Positions 27,545 to 38,742 are shown, counted from the stretch's first letter. The stretch is DNA of 40,344 nucleotides from an uncultured Christensenellaceae bacterium (GCA_964547655.1 CAZJOS010000001.1:10886-51229), one strand, 5' to 3'. Numbers and translations: made by a program. The notes: generated by a model not told the origin, from the sequence alone.

Positions 27545-28828
27545 TTACTTCAATATTTTTTCGGAATATTGCCGGGCTTTTGATTTTATTTCCTCCGCGT
27601 CTGCGAACGTAATACTTCCGTTTTCATATAGTATATCCCCTCCGACCATTGTGAGAGAAACGTCCGAATCGCTTCCGCTGTAAACGAGGTGGTTCAGCAG
27701 GTCGGTCTCGGGGCAAAACCTGAACCCTGATGTATCGATAACTATGATATCAGCCTGCTTCCCCGCCTCGAGGCTGCCTGTGATATTGCCCATGCCAAGA
27801 GCCTTTGCGCCATTTATTGTCGCGACCCTTAACGCTGTTTTGGCGGGTATAAGCGCCGCGTCATGGTTGGCTCCTTTCTGCAGCAGGGCAAAAAGCGTCA
27901 TCTCTTCCATCATCGAGAGATTGTTGTTGCTTGCCGCGCCGTCGGTCGCGCAGCTTACGTTTACGCCCTTTTCAATCATTTTAGCCGTTCTTGCTATTCC
28001 GCTTCCGAGCTTTAGATTGCTGCCCGGGCAAGACATGACGCTAACGCCTTTTTCGTCCATGATATCCATGTCACTATCTTCCACCCATACGCAATGGGCA
28101 GCCATTACGGGTAAGTCGGTAAGCCCGAGGCTGTCTATAAGCGCTATGGGTGTCATACCGTGGCGGGCAATACATTCCTTGTGCTCGCCCTCAGTCTCAG
28201 ATATATGCACATGGACTCTTGAGTCAAGCCTCAGAGCCGCATCCCGCACCTTTTTGAACAAAGAGGGGCTCACCGTGTATTCGGCGTGCGGGCCTATAGC
28301 AGCATTTACTCTTTTATAATCCTTTACAATATCGAAAAGCTCTTCCGCCGTTTTAAGACGGCGGTCGCCCCCGCCGTCGGTGTCGATCACCGAAGTTGCA
28401 ATAAGCGCGCGTATTCCCGACTCATTCGCCGCCTTCGCTATAGCCTTTGTAAAAAAGTACATATCCGAAAAGCAGGTCACTCCGCCGGAGATGAGTTCGG
28501 CTATCGCGAGCATGCTTCCCCAGTATACGGCGTCTTCATCCAGATTCTCTTCCGCAGGCCATATCCTGTTATTGAGCCAGTCCATAAGCGCCATATCGTC
28601 AGCGGCGCCCCGAAGCAGATTCATAGGGATATGCGTATGCGTATCTACAAAGCCCGGAGCGACTATGCCGCCTTTTGCGTCTATTACCCTGTCGGCAGAA
28701 AACGAAGGAGCGTCTTCTTCAGCGCCGACATAAGAAATAGTATCGCCTTTTACATGGACGCATCCTCTAAGGCGCCTGTCGTTATTGTCGGCTGTTATAA
28801 TAAATCCGTTATCGATGCAGATATTCAT
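27545..28828 (-). CDS. mtaD: amidohydrolase, 5'-methylthioadenosine/S-adenosylhomocysteine deaminase-like
   Basis: The 427-aa protein has the HTHIPMN metal-binding HxH motif, and the overall pattern is MtaD/TM0936-like. Its start overlaps the ahcY stop (ATGA). Confidence 0.85.
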   Translation of the reverse strand: MNICIDNGFIITADNNDRRLRGCVHVKGDTISYVGAEEDAPSFSADRVIDAKGGIVAPGFVDTHTHIPMNLLRGAADDMALMDWLNNRIWPAEENLDEDAVYWGSMLAIAELISGGVTCFSDMYFFTKAIAKAANESGIRALIATSVIDTDGGGDRRLKTAEELFDIVKDYKRVNAAIGPHAEYTVSPSLFKKVRDAALRLDSRVHVHISETEGEHKECIARHGMTPIALIDSLGLTDLPVMAAHCVWVEDSDMDIMDEKGVSVMSCPGSNLKLGSGIARTAKMIEKGVNVSCATDGAASNNNLSMMEEMTLFALLQKGANHDAALIPAKTALRVATINGAKALGMGNITGSLEAGKQADIIVIDTSGFRFCPETDLLNHLVYSGSDSDVSLTMVGGDILYENGSITFADAEEIKSKARQYSEKILK

Positions 28829-30066
28829 ATCTTTTCTCCGTACAGGTAATCGTGCTGATCCTTGGTCAGCCTGTCGTACTCCAACCCCATGGCTTTGAGT
28901 TTAAGCCCGGCTACATATCTGTCTATCTCTTCCGGAACGTCGTAAACTTTATTATCGAGTTTACCTTTATTAGCGGCAAGATATTTTAAAGAAAGCGCCT
29001 GTATCGAGAAACTCAAGTCCATTATTTCCGCCGGGTGCCCGTCGGCTGCGGCCAGGTTTACGAGCCGGCCTTCGGCAACAAGATAAAGCTCTTTTCCGTC
29101 AAGCTTATAAGCGGTTATATTGTTTCTCGCCGTATAACTGCCCTGCGCCATTTCTTTGAGTTCCGAGACGCTGACTTCAACGTCGAAATGGCCCGCGTTG
29201 GAAAGTACGGCCCCGTTTTTCATGTTTTTAAAGTGCCTGCCTACTATAACGTCTTTGCAGCCTGTAACGGTTACGAATATGTCGCCAATAAAAGAGGCGT
29301 CATCCATAGTCATTACCGAATATCCGTCCATGGCAGCCTCCATGGCGCGTATAGGATCCACTTCTGTAACTACCACTTTTGCTCCGAGGCCTTTTGCTCT
29401 AAGAGCTACGCCTTTGCCGCACCACCCGTAACCCGCAACGACTACCGTCTTGCCAGCGACGACAAGATTCGTCGTCCTCATTATTCCGTCCCATACAGAC
29501 TGGCCGGTCCCGTACCTGTTGTCGAAAAGGTGCTTGCAGTCGGCGTCGTTGACGGCGAACACGGGAAACGCAAGCGTACCCGCCCGTTCTTTAGCTTTAT
29601 ATCTTAAAACGCCCGTAGTAGTCTCTTCGCACGCGCCTAAAAGGTTTTTCGACTTATCTTTATCGCGGGTATGCAGAGCCTCGCCTAAATCGGCGCCGTC
29701 GTCAAGAATCAGGTCGGGGCAGCAGGATAAAGCCAGCGTGATATGCCGCTCGTATTCCTCCGGCGTCGCCGCATGCCAGGCAAACACGTCCATGCCTCCC
29801 GCAGTGAGAGCTGCGGCCACGTCGTCCTGCGTAGAGAGAGGGTTTGATCCCGTTACCGACATCTTTGCTCCGCCCGCCTCGAGGACGCGGCAAAGATATG
29901 CGGTCTTAGCTTCGAGATGCACCGACAGGGATATATTCAGCCCGGAAAAAGGTTTTTCTTTTTCGAAAGCGGACCTGAGGCCCGATAAAACCGGCATGTT
30001 CTTTTCCGCCCAGGAGATCTTCATTTCGCCGGAAGGCGCCGAACTTATATCCCTTATTTCGCTCAT
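28825..30066 (-). CDS. ahcY: adenosylhomocysteinase, short archaeal/Thermotoga type
   Basis: The 413-aa protein carries [25 protein letters not shown] and the NAD-binding site GYGWCGKG. Confidence 0.9.
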   Translation of the reverse strand: MSEIRDISSAPSGEMKISWAEKNMPVLSGLRSAFEKEKPFSGLNISLSVHLEAKTAYLCRVLEAGGAKMSVTGSNPLSTQDDVAAALTAGGMDVFAWHAATPEEYERHITLALSCCPDLILDDGADLGEALHTRDKDKSKNLLGACEETTTGVLRYKAKERAGTLAFPVFAVNDADCKHLFDNRYGTGQSVWDGIMRTTNLVVAGKTVVVAGYGWCGKGVALRAKGLGAKVVVTEVDPIRAMEAAMDGYSVMTMDDASFIGDIFVTVTGCKDVIVGRHFKNMKNGAVLSNAGHFDVEVSVSELKEMAQGSYTARNNITAYKLDGKELYLVAEGRLVNLAAADGHPAEIMDLSFSIQALSLKYLAANKGKLDNKVYDVPEEIDRYVAGLKLKAMGLEYDRLTKDQHDYLYGEKI

Positions 30067-30944
30067 TCCCGAATCTCCTTCATTATTTCGAAAAGATAAT
30101 TTTTGAAATCGTCTTTTAAGTCGTCGCGGCTTAACGCAAATTCGACCGTAGCTTTCAGAAACCCCAGCTTGTCCCCCACGTCGTATCGTTTGCCTTCAAA
30201 CTCGTATGCGTACATGCCCTGCGTGCCGCTAAGCGTTTTAAGGGCGTCGGTGAGCTGTATTTCCCCTCCCTTGCCCGGCTTTTGCTGCTCAAGCACATCG
30301 AATATCTCAGGAGTTATTATATACCGGCCGAGTATTGCGAGGTTTGAAGGCGCGTTTTTTATCGACGGCTTTTCCACCATATCCGCCACCTTATGGAGGC
30401 GGTATTCTTTCGATTTCACCTCGGGAACGATGATGCCGTATTTATAGGCGTCTTCCCCCGGCACTTTTTGCACTCCGAGGACGGTCTTGTTGAATTCTTT
30501 GTAAACATCGATAAGCTGGCCTATAGCGGGTTTTTTGGATACCACCACATCGTCGCCCAGCAGCACCGCAAACGGCTCGTTTCCCACGAACGCCCGGGCG
30601 CAGCTTATGGCATGTCCCAAACCTTTCGGTTCTTTTTGACGCACATAGAATACGTCTACGAGGTTCGAGATATCCTCGACCATGCTCAGAAGCGAAGATT
30701 TACCCTTTCTTTGAAGCTCCGATTCGAGTTCGTATGATTTATCGAAGTGGTCTTCTATATTTCTCTTACCGCGCCCGGTAATAATTAGTATGCTTTCGAT
30801 TCCGGCGTTTATAGCTTCTTCAATGATATATTGTATAGTCGGTTTATCCACTATAGGCAGCATCTCTTTGGGCTGCGCCTTGGTTGCCGGCAAAAATCTT
30901 GTTCCCAGCCCTGCGGCCGGAATGACCGCTTTCCTTATCTTCAC
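30063..30944 (-). CDS. galU: UTP--glucose-1-phosphate uridylyltransferase
   Basis: The GTG start has a GGAGG SD 7 nt upstream. The motif [26 protein letters not shown] is the canonical GalU/GtaB N-terminus. Confidence 0.93.
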   Translation of the reverse strand: MKIRKAVIPAAGLGTRFLPATKAQPKEMLPIVDKPTIQYIIEEAINAGIESILIITGRGKRNIEDHFDKSYELESELQRKGKSSLLSMVEDISNLVDVFYVRQKEPKGLGHAISCARAFVGNEPFAVLLGDDVVVSKKPAIGQLIDVYKEFNKTVLGVQKVPGEDAYKYGIIVPEVKSKEYRLHKVADMVEKPSIKNAPSNLAILGRYIITPEIFDVLEQQKPGKGGEIQLTDALKTLSGTQGMYAYEFEGKRYDVGDKLGFLKATVEFALSRDDLKDDFKNYLFEIMKEIRE

Positions 30945-31083
30945 TGCTTTTCCTCCGTGATTTACCTTGTAGTTAATAATTATACTATATGTGCCTGTTT
31001 TAATGTTTACAAAATTATTAACATTCTGGAATATGCTATATTTTCCATATAATATTTTTCACGTCAGCGGCATATCATATGCA

Positions 31084-31113
31084 TTGACAGAACATATGTT
31101 CGCAGAATATAAT
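31084..31113 (+). promoter_or_regulatory. sigma-A promoter of the Y-family polymerase gene
   Basis: The sequence is TTGACA (31084-31089), an 18-nt spacer, then TATAAT (31108-31113). Confidence 0.7.
31089..31102. promoter_or_regulatory. LexA (Cheo/SOS) box 1
   Basis: AGAACATATGTTCG matches the Gram-positive consensus CGAAC-N4-GTTCG at 13 of 14 positions. It fills the -35/-10 spacer. Confidence 0.85.
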
Positions 31114-31121
31114 ATCAATAT

Positions 31122-31135
31122 AGAACATATGTTCT
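31122..31135. promoter_or_regulatory. LexA (Cheo/SOS) box 2
   Basis: AGAACATATGTTCT lies 9 nt downstream of the -10 and ends 12 nt upstream of the ATG. Confidence 0.8.
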
Positions 31136-31146
31136 ATTATAGAAAT

Positions 31147-32388
31147 ATGGACAGAATCGTTTTGCATTGCGATCTTAATAACTTTTTCGTTTCCGCGTCA
31201 TGCCTCTCGCGGCCCGGCCTTTTGAAGACCCCGGTAGCGGTATGCGGCGACGTCTCGAAGCGCCACGGTATAATACTTGCCAAAAGCCAGACTGCCAAAC
31301 GAATGGGCGTAAAGACGGGGCAGCCGCTGTGGCAGGCGAAAGCCCTGTGCCCCGAGCTTGTTACGATACCCCCCGACTATCCTTTGTATATGCGGATTTC
31401 GGACACCGTAAGGGGTATATACGAGCGCTATACCGGGCATATCGAGCCTTTCGGCATAGACGAATGCTGGCTTGATTTGACGCCTTTTCGGGCGGACGAA
31501 AATTTCGGGAACAGCGCCGCAAACGAAATAAGGCGGACCGTGAAGAAGGAGATCGGGCTTACCATATCGGTGGGCGTTTCGTGGAACAAGGTATTCGCGA
31601 AACTCGGCAGCGACTACAAAAAGCCCGACGCCGTAACGGTGATAAGCAGGGAGAACTTCCGGCAGCTTGTATGGCCGCTTCCCGCGAGCGATCTCATGTA
31701 TGCGGGCAGGGCTACGTGCGGCCGCCTGGAGAGAGCGGGCATAAACACCATAGGAGACATCGCGAACGCTCCCCTCCCGTTTCTCAAAATGCTTCTCGGC
31801 AAGAACGGGCTCACGCTGCACAGCTTTGCCGCGGGGTACGACGACTCGCCCGTTAAGAGCGTCGAGTACCAGCTGGGCGTCAAGGGCATAGGAAACAGCA
31901 TGACGACGAAGAGCGACCTCATTACCGAGGAGCAGGTCTGGGAGGCTTTCCTGATACTCTCCGAGATGGTCGCGCAGCGCGCGAGAAAGAAGATGCTTCA
32001 GGGAAAAGTCGTCGCTATATTCCTGCGCGATAACAAGCTTGAATCCGTAACCAGGCAGGTAACGCTGCCCCGGGAGACGTATGTATCGGGAGAGATAGCT
32101 CGCCACGCGATGGCGCTGTATAAGGCCAACTGGGACGCGAGCCGCCGTCCCATACGCGCCATAGGGGTAAGGCTTACTAACCTTTCGGTAATAGACAGAT
32201 ACGTCCAGCTCTCGTTCTTCGATATGGAGAGATCGAGGGCGCAAAGCCTCGAATTCATCAAAGACGATATAATAAGGCGGTTCGGCCCCGAGGCCGTTAT
32301 CCGCGCTTCGTTGCTAAAGCCGCAGGTTAATGACCGGTACCCGAAGGAGATACACGACGTGCACCCGATGTCTTACTTCAGGACGTAA
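31147..32388 (+). CDS. Y-family DNA polymerase (DinB/PolY/UmuC-like translesion polymerase)
   Basis: The sequence MDRIVLHCDLNNFFVSAS.. and FGIDECWLDL are the Y-family catalytic motifs. The ORF-track upstream extension (30991-31146) contains the promoter and LexA boxes, so I trimmed it. Confidence 0.9.
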   Translation: MDRIVLHCDLNNFFVSASCLSRPGLLKTPVAVCGDVSKRHGIILAKSQTAKRMGVKTGQPLWQAKALCPELVTIPPDYPLYMRISDTVRGIYERYTGHIEPFGIDECWLDLTPFRADENFGNSAANEIRRTVKKEIGLTISVGVSWNKVFAKLGSDYKKPDAVTVISRENFRQLVWPLPASDLMYAGRATCGRLERAGINTIGDIANAPLPFLKMLLGKNGLTLHSFAAGYDDSPVKSVEYQLGVKGIGNSMTTKSDLITEEQVWEAFLILSEMVAQRARKKMLQGKVVAIFLRDNKLESVTRQVTLPRETYVSGEIARHAMALYKANWDASRRPIRAIGVRLTNLSVIDRYVQLSFFDMERSRAQSLEFIKDDIIRRFGPEAVIRASLLKPQVNDRYPKEIHDVHPMSYFRT

Positions 32389-32419
32389 CTCCGAAAATCC
32401 GTTGGCTTTTGGGGTAATA

Positions 32420-32761
32420 TCAGCCCGGAGGCCACGCTAGCGGCCTGCCGCCGAGCAGGTGGAAGTGCAGGTGCGGCACCGACTGGCCCCCGTCCCTGCC
32501 GGTATTGGCAACCAGCCTGAAGCCGCCTTTAAGCCCGAATTCCACGGCAAGCTTCTTCGCGGCCCGCATTATATCCTCATATATACCCATATCTTCCTCG
32601 GCAGTCTCCGCGACCGATACAATATGTTTTTTCGGCACTATGAGCACGTGCACGGGCGCTTTTTTATCGATATCGTGGAAAGCGATGACAGAGTCGTCCT
32701 CGTACACTTTGCCGCACGGTATCTCCCCCGCAGCAATTTTGCAGAACAGGCAATCACTCAT
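32420..32761 (-). CDS. HIT-family (histidine triad) nucleotide hydrolase
   Basis: The 113-aa protein carries HVLIVPKKH and the triad HLHFHLLGG. Confidence 0.9.
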   Translation of the reverse strand: MSDCLFCKIAAGEIPCGKVYEDDSVIAFHDIDKKAPVHVLIVPKKHIVSVAETAEEDMGIYEDIMRAAKKLAVEFGLKGGFRLVANTGRDGGQSVPHLHFHLLGGRPLAWPPG

Positions 32762-34038
32762 TCATATTCCTCCTTATCTATCCCGTATATTACTTTATCG
32801 GTTGCTTCTTTCAAGGCAACGGTTTTCAGTTCGTTATTCTCCGCCTTAGCGGCGATTCTTACATACCGCTCCGAGTAACCCTCGAGGCATCCGGGGTATT
32901 CCTTCGACTCGTCTTCAAACAGCACTTCCGCGGTTTTCCCTATAAGGCTCTGTATATATTTATTTTCATAAATATCGCCCAGCGCGATGAGCTCAAGCGC
33001 TCTTTCCTTTGCTATAGATTTAGGCACTTTTGGCTGCATATCATACGCCTTTGTGCCTTCACGGGGCGAAAACGGAAAAACATGTATCCGAGAAAAGGCT
33101 ATCCTTTCTATAAACGCTTTTGTCTCCTCGTGCTCTATTTCCGTCTCGCCCGGAAAGCCCGCTATTAAATCCGTAGTGATCGCGGGACGGCAGTAATACT
33201 TTCTCAACAGTGCGGCGAATTCGGCATATTCGCTCGGCGTATATCTGCGGTTCATCCTCTTTAAAACGCTTTCGGAACCGCTCTGAAGAGACAGATGAAA
33301 ATGCGGGCACAGGTTTTTCGCTGAGGCCGCAAGCTTTATAAACGATCCGTCCAGAAAACCGGGCTCTATAGAGCCAAGCCGTATTCGCACTCCCGTTTTA
33401 TCGAGCTGCCTTATTACGTCTCCAAGCTTATTATCTCCGTCGGAGTATGAGGCAATATGTATGCCTGTAAGCACTATCTCTTTAACGCCGCTTCGAACCA
33501 GATCACCGGCTTCGCTCACGATATCGGCTAAACGTCTCGAGCGCGAACGTCCGCGCACATACGGTATTATGCAGTAGCTGCAAAAATTATTGCAGCCTTC
33601 CTGTATCTTTATTATGCCGCGCGTCCGCTCCGCGGGAGCGCTTATGTGCGCCGCCTCGAAGCCGCAGCCTTCGAGGCAGTGGGCCGCGTTGATATGCTCT
33701 TCGCCCGATAAAAGCCTTTCGGCTATGGATACTATATTGCCGCGTTCGTCGGTGCCGATCACCGCGTTTACGCCTTCCATACGAAGCAGCTCTTCGGCCT
33801 TTCTTTGAGGCAGGCATCCCGCGACGATAACTTTGCCGGCCCTGGCTGCCCTTCTTATCGCTCCTCTTGACTTTTTATCGGCTGCTGAAGTCACGGTGCA
33901 CGTATTGACGACAGCGATATCTGCGGGTTTGCCGAAATCCACCAATGTGTAACCGTTTTTTAAAAAAAGCTCCTGCATAAACACGGAATCGTATGCATTC
34001 ACCTTGCAGCCGAGGGTATAGAACGATACTGTTTTCAA
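32758..34038 (-). CDS. mtaB: tRNA methylthiotransferase MtaB (radical SAM MTTase)
   Basis: The TTG start overlaps the prmA stop. The N-terminal MTTase domain (FYTLGCKVN), the radical SAM motif CNNFCSYC and a C-terminal TRAM-like domain are present. Confidence 0.88.
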   Translation of the reverse strand: MKTVSFYTLGCKVNAYDSVFMQELFLKNGYTLVDFGKPADIAVVNTCTVTSAADKKSRGAIRRAARAGKVIVAGCLPQRKAEELLRMEGVNAVIGTDERGNIVSIAERLLSGEEHINAAHCLEGCGFEAAHISAPAERTRGIIKIQEGCNNFCSYCIIPYVRGRSRSRRLADIVSEAGDLVRSGVKEIVLTGIHIASYSDGDNKLGDVIRQLDKTGVRIRLGSIEPGFLDGSFIKLAASAKNLCPHFHLSLQSGSESVLKRMNRRYTPSEYAEFAALLRKYYCRPAITTDLIAGFPGETEIEHEETKAFIERIAFSRIHVFPFSPREGTKAYDMQPKVPKSIAKERALELIALGDIYENKYIQSLIGKTAEVLFEDESKEYPGCLEGYSERYVRIAAKAENNELKTVALKEATDKVIYGIDKEEYE

Positions 34039-34958
34039 TTTGACGCGCCTTTCAGGCGGGCGGCTATCGCGCGCCAGTAGCCCATGCTTAACACTTCGAT
34101 AGCAGTAAAGGCGTTTTCGCCGAGCGAATTCAATACTTCATCAAGCCTGTCCGCAATTACGCCGGATATTATATACACTGCCTCCGGTTTCATGTATCCT
34201 GCTGCGCCGGAATTGAGACGGATTATTATGTCCGCAACTATATTAGCAATGACCAGGTCGTATCTGCCGCTGCCCGCGCTGCCGATCAGGTCTGACTTAA
34301 GGGCCTCTATTCCAACGTTATTGGCCGCGGCGTTATCCCGCGTTACCTTTACGCATACGGGGTCATTATCGAGGGCAAGCACTTTTTTTGCGCCCAGCTT
34401 TGCGCACGCTATCCCGAGTATCCCCGAGCCGCAGCCGATATCCAGCACTTCGGCATTATGGCGTATATATTTCTGTATCAATTCAAGGCACATTCGCGTG
34501 GTCTCATGCACTCCCGAGCCGAAAGCCATTCCGGGGTCCATCTCGATAACTATATCGTCAGCTTTGCCTTCATATTCTTCCCACGACGGTTTTACGACGA
34601 TGTTTCCCGCTGCCCTGAACGCTGAAAAATGCTTTCTGAAATTCTCGTTCCAGTCGGTATCGGGGACTGTATTTACAGAAATATTAAGCGTTCCGGCGTT
34701 TATTTCTACGGAACGCTTTAATATATCCAAACGGCTTTTAATGAATCTTAACGTGTCTTCAAATCCGTCTTCTCCGAAATACGCCTTCACTGTTACGTTT
34801 TCCGACAAAGGAACATCCGCTCTCAATTCGTCATGCTGCGCGGGAATTGTAATGCCGCCTTCCGTTTCCGTTCCGCACGCTCCCGCGTCTATCATAACCG
34901 ACGACACGATATCGACGGCTTCTTCTCTTGTCTCAATGCAGATAAGGTTCCAGTCCAT
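34035..34958 (-). CDS. prmA: ribosomal protein L11 methyltransferase
   Basis: The SAM-binding motif DIGCGSGILGIA is present. The gene sits after dnaJ, as in Bacillus. Confidence 0.9.
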   Translation of the reverse strand: MDWNLICIETREEAVDIVSSVMIDAGACGTETEGGITIPAQHDELRADVPLSENVTVKAYFGEDGFEDTLRFIKSRLDILKRSVEINAGTLNISVNTVPDTDWNENFRKHFSAFRAAGNIVVKPSWEEYEGKADDIVIEMDPGMAFGSGVHETTRMCLELIQKYIRHNAEVLDIGCGSGILGIACAKLGAKKVLALDNDPVCVKVTRDNAAANNVGIEALKSDLIGSAGSGRYDLVIANIVADIIIRLNSGAAGYMKPEAVYIISGVIADRLDEVLNSLGENAFTAIEVLSMGYWRAIAARLKGASN

Positions 34959-36071
34959 CTAACTGCCCATTACCCTCTCAAAGAAGCTCTTTTTATCTTT
35001 AGTCGATTTATCGAATTCCTTAAGGAGCGTCTTTTGTTTTTCGGATAGCCTTTTTGGAACCTCTACTTTTATAGTCACATAAAGGCTTCCCTTTCTCGTC
35101 GAGTTCAAAAACTGTATACCCTTATCCTTAAGCCGGAATACCGTTCCCGTCTGCGTACCTTCGCTCATTTTGTATTTCGCCTTGCCTTCAAGGGTAGGCA
35201 CTACGAGTTCGGTCCCCAGAGCAGCGTCGGCAAACGATACGGGCATTTCAAGGAAAAGATCATACCCTTCGCGCCTGAAGAACTTATGCGGCTCCACAAA
35301 AACGTATATCTGCAGGTCGCCGGCCGGGCCTCCCCGCTGCCCCGCTGCGCCTTCGCCGCGCAGCGTTAATATCTGCGAGTCGTCTATCCCGGCAGGTATA
35401 TTCACCTTCAGTTTTTTCAGCTTTTTCTGTATGCCGCGTCCGCCGCACTCCGGGCAGGGGTCTTTTATTATCGTACCTCTGCCGCCGCACTCCGGGCAGT
35501 CTACGACGTTTACGAAGTTTCCGAAAGCTGTGTTCCTTTGCTGCCTTATCTGCCCTGTGCCCCCGCAGGCGGAGCACGTTTTTGGCTCAGTGCCTTTCTT
35601 TGCTCCGGTTCCGCCGCATTCTTCGCACGTAACGTTCTTGTTGAGCTGTATTTCCTTTGACGTTCCGAATGCCGCTTCTTCGAACGTTATAGACATTTCA
35701 ACGCGCAGGTCACTGCCGCGCACCGGGCCGTTCCTCCTCGAAGCCCTGCCGCCGAAACCTCCTCCGAAGAAAGAATCGAATATATCGCCGAAGCCTCCCA
35801 TGAAATCTTCGAAACCGCCAAAGCCCGTACCTCCCGCGGCAGGGTCAAACGCCGAGTGGCCGAACATATCGTATTGTTTTCTCTTATTCTCGTCGCCAAG
35901 AACGGAATAAGCCTCGCTTGCTTCCTTGAACCTTTCTTCCGCTTCCGCCTTATTTTCACATACATCGGGATGATATTGTTTTGCGAGCTTTCGGTACGCT
36001 CTTTTTATATCGTCTGCCGAAGCGCCCTTATCAACGCCAAGTATCTCGTAATAGTCTCTTTTTTCCGACAA
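34959..36071 (-). CDS. dnaJ: molecular chaperone DnaJ
   Basis: The start is TTG ([13 protein letters not shown]). The protein has the HPD motif, a G/F-rich region and four CxxCxGxG zinc motifs. Confidence 0.95.
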   Translation of the reverse strand: MSEKRDYYEILGVDKGASADDIKRAYRKLAKQYHPDVCENKAEAEERFKEASEAYSVLGDENKRKQYDMFGHSAFDPAAGGTGFGGFEDFMGGFGDIFDSFFGGGFGGRASRRNGPVRGSDLRVEMSITFEEAAFGTSKEIQLNKNVTCEECGGTGAKKGTEPKTCSACGGTGQIRQQRNTAFGNFVNVVDCPECGGRGTIIKDPCPECGGRGIQKKLKKLKVNIPAGIDDSQILTLRGEGAAGQRGGPAGDLQIYVFVEPHKFFRREGYDLFLEMPVSFADAALGTELVVPTLEGKAKYKMSEGTQTGTVFRLKDKGIQFLNSTRKGSLYVTIKVEVPKRLSEKQKTLLKEFDKSTKDKKSFFERVMGS

Positions 36072-36140
36072 AATATCAGCACCGCCTAATATAGTTATTA
36101 ACCTGAAGAATCAGGCCGCATAATACTTTTTAACGCCCGA

Positions 36141-36171
36141 AAAGCCAAAGCGGCGATGCCGCCTTGGCTTT
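36141..36171 (-). terminator. strong stem-loop in the dnaK-dnaJ spacer (possible partial terminator or processing site)
   Basis: AAAGCCAA-a-GCGGC gat GCCGC-c-TTGGCTTT forms 13 bp with one mismatch. On the transcript it is followed only by UUUUCGGG, which is a weak U-tract. Confidence 0.4.
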
Positions 36172-36222
36172 GATATGGGCTCTCAAAAAGCCAAAGGCAT
36201 TTTGAGTATTATGTAGTTTATA

Positions 36223-38100
<1,878 letters not shown>

Positions 38101-38727
38101 TTATTTATTTACTATTACCATGCTGTGACGCAGTACCTTATCGTCCAGCATATACCCTTTCAGCGCAACTGCGGATACTGTTCCCGGAGTTTCGCCGTCT
38201 TTAGTGTCTGCCTGCTGTATAGCATGATGCAGATTCGGATCGAATTCTTTTCCAAGAGCCGGGATCTCCGTTACACCGAAACCGGTAATGATGCCGGTAA
38301 GCTGCTTATATACCATCATAACGCCCTGCGCCAAAGGGTCTTCGTCTTCCCCGTTCACATGCTCGAGAGCCCTTTCAAAGTTGTCTATGACCGGCAGTAT
38401 CTTTTCTATCACTTCCACGGCACCTGTTTTCATCGCCTGGGCCGCCAGCGTTTGGTTTCTTTTTCTGTAATTATTATAATCGCTGAATGTGCGCAGGTAG
38501 CTGTCTTTAAAAGAATCTCTTTCTTCTATTGCCGCAGCTAGCGCTTTCTCCAGCTTTGCCATTTCTATATTCTTATGGCTCTTTCCCGATGTTTTCTTTT
38601 CTTCGGTCACATTATTTTCTTTGTTTTTTGATTCTTCGGTTTCTTTAAGCATGTCCGTTTCAAAGTCTATCGAGTTTTCTTTGTCATACTCCGACTGAGG
38701 ATGCTCTTCAAATTTGCTTTCACTCAT
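38101..38727 (-). CDS. grpE: nucleotide exchange factor GrpE
   Basis: The 208-aa protein has a charged N-terminus and a GrpE core (..YKQL.. ..FDPNLHHAI..). It lies between hrcA and dnaK. Confidence 0.93.
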   Translation of the reverse strand: MSESKFEEHPQSEYDKENSIDFETDMLKETEESKNKENNVTEEKKTSGKSHKNIEMAKLEKALAAAIEERDSFKDSYLRTFSDYNNYRKRNQTLAAQAMKTGAVEVIEKILPVIDNFERALEHVNGEDEDPLAQGVMMVYKQLTGIITGFGVTEIPALGKEFDPNLHHAIQQADTKDGETPGTVSAVALKGYMLDDKVLRHSMVIVNK

Positions 38728-38742
38728 ATTTCTTCACCGCCT

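Noticed and set aside
31070-31082. A 13-bp palindrome GCATAT-C-ATATGC lies immediately upstream of the polymerase -35.
   Set aside because: It is a short AT-rich dyad in an AT-rich divergent promoter region, so chance occurrence is likely. It matches no regulator motif that I know.
30991-31146. The ORF track extends the polymerase ORF upstream by 52 codons ([10 protein letters not shown]...).
   Set aside because: This region contains the TTGACA/TATAAT promoter and both LexA boxes. The family N-terminus (MDRIVLHCDLNNFF) begins at ATG 31147. Similar non-ATG extensions were trimmed for asp23 (6867-6947), prpC, rlmN, fmt, hisZ and rpmB.
31198-32244. A 348-aa minus-strand ORF lies inside the Y-family polymerase gene.
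   Set aside because: The composition is Arg/Gly/Pro/Ala-rich, as expected for the antisense frame of a GC3-rich gene. The plus-strand product has the canonical polymerase motifs and a regulated promoter.
32389-32419. A weak hairpin (CCGAAAA...TTTTGGG) sits in the 31-bp gap between convergent dinB-like and HIT genes.
   Set aside because: It forms only 6 of 7 pairs, mostly A-U, with no flanking U-tract. This is not convincing as a bidirectional terminator.
34084-34962. A 292-aa plus-strand ORF spans exactly the whole of prmA in antisense.
   Set aside because: The product is Ser/Pro/Ala/Thr-rich and low-complexity, has no SD, and carries no recognisable motifs. It is a typical stop-free shadow frame opposite a real gene whose product (PrmA) has clear family motifs.
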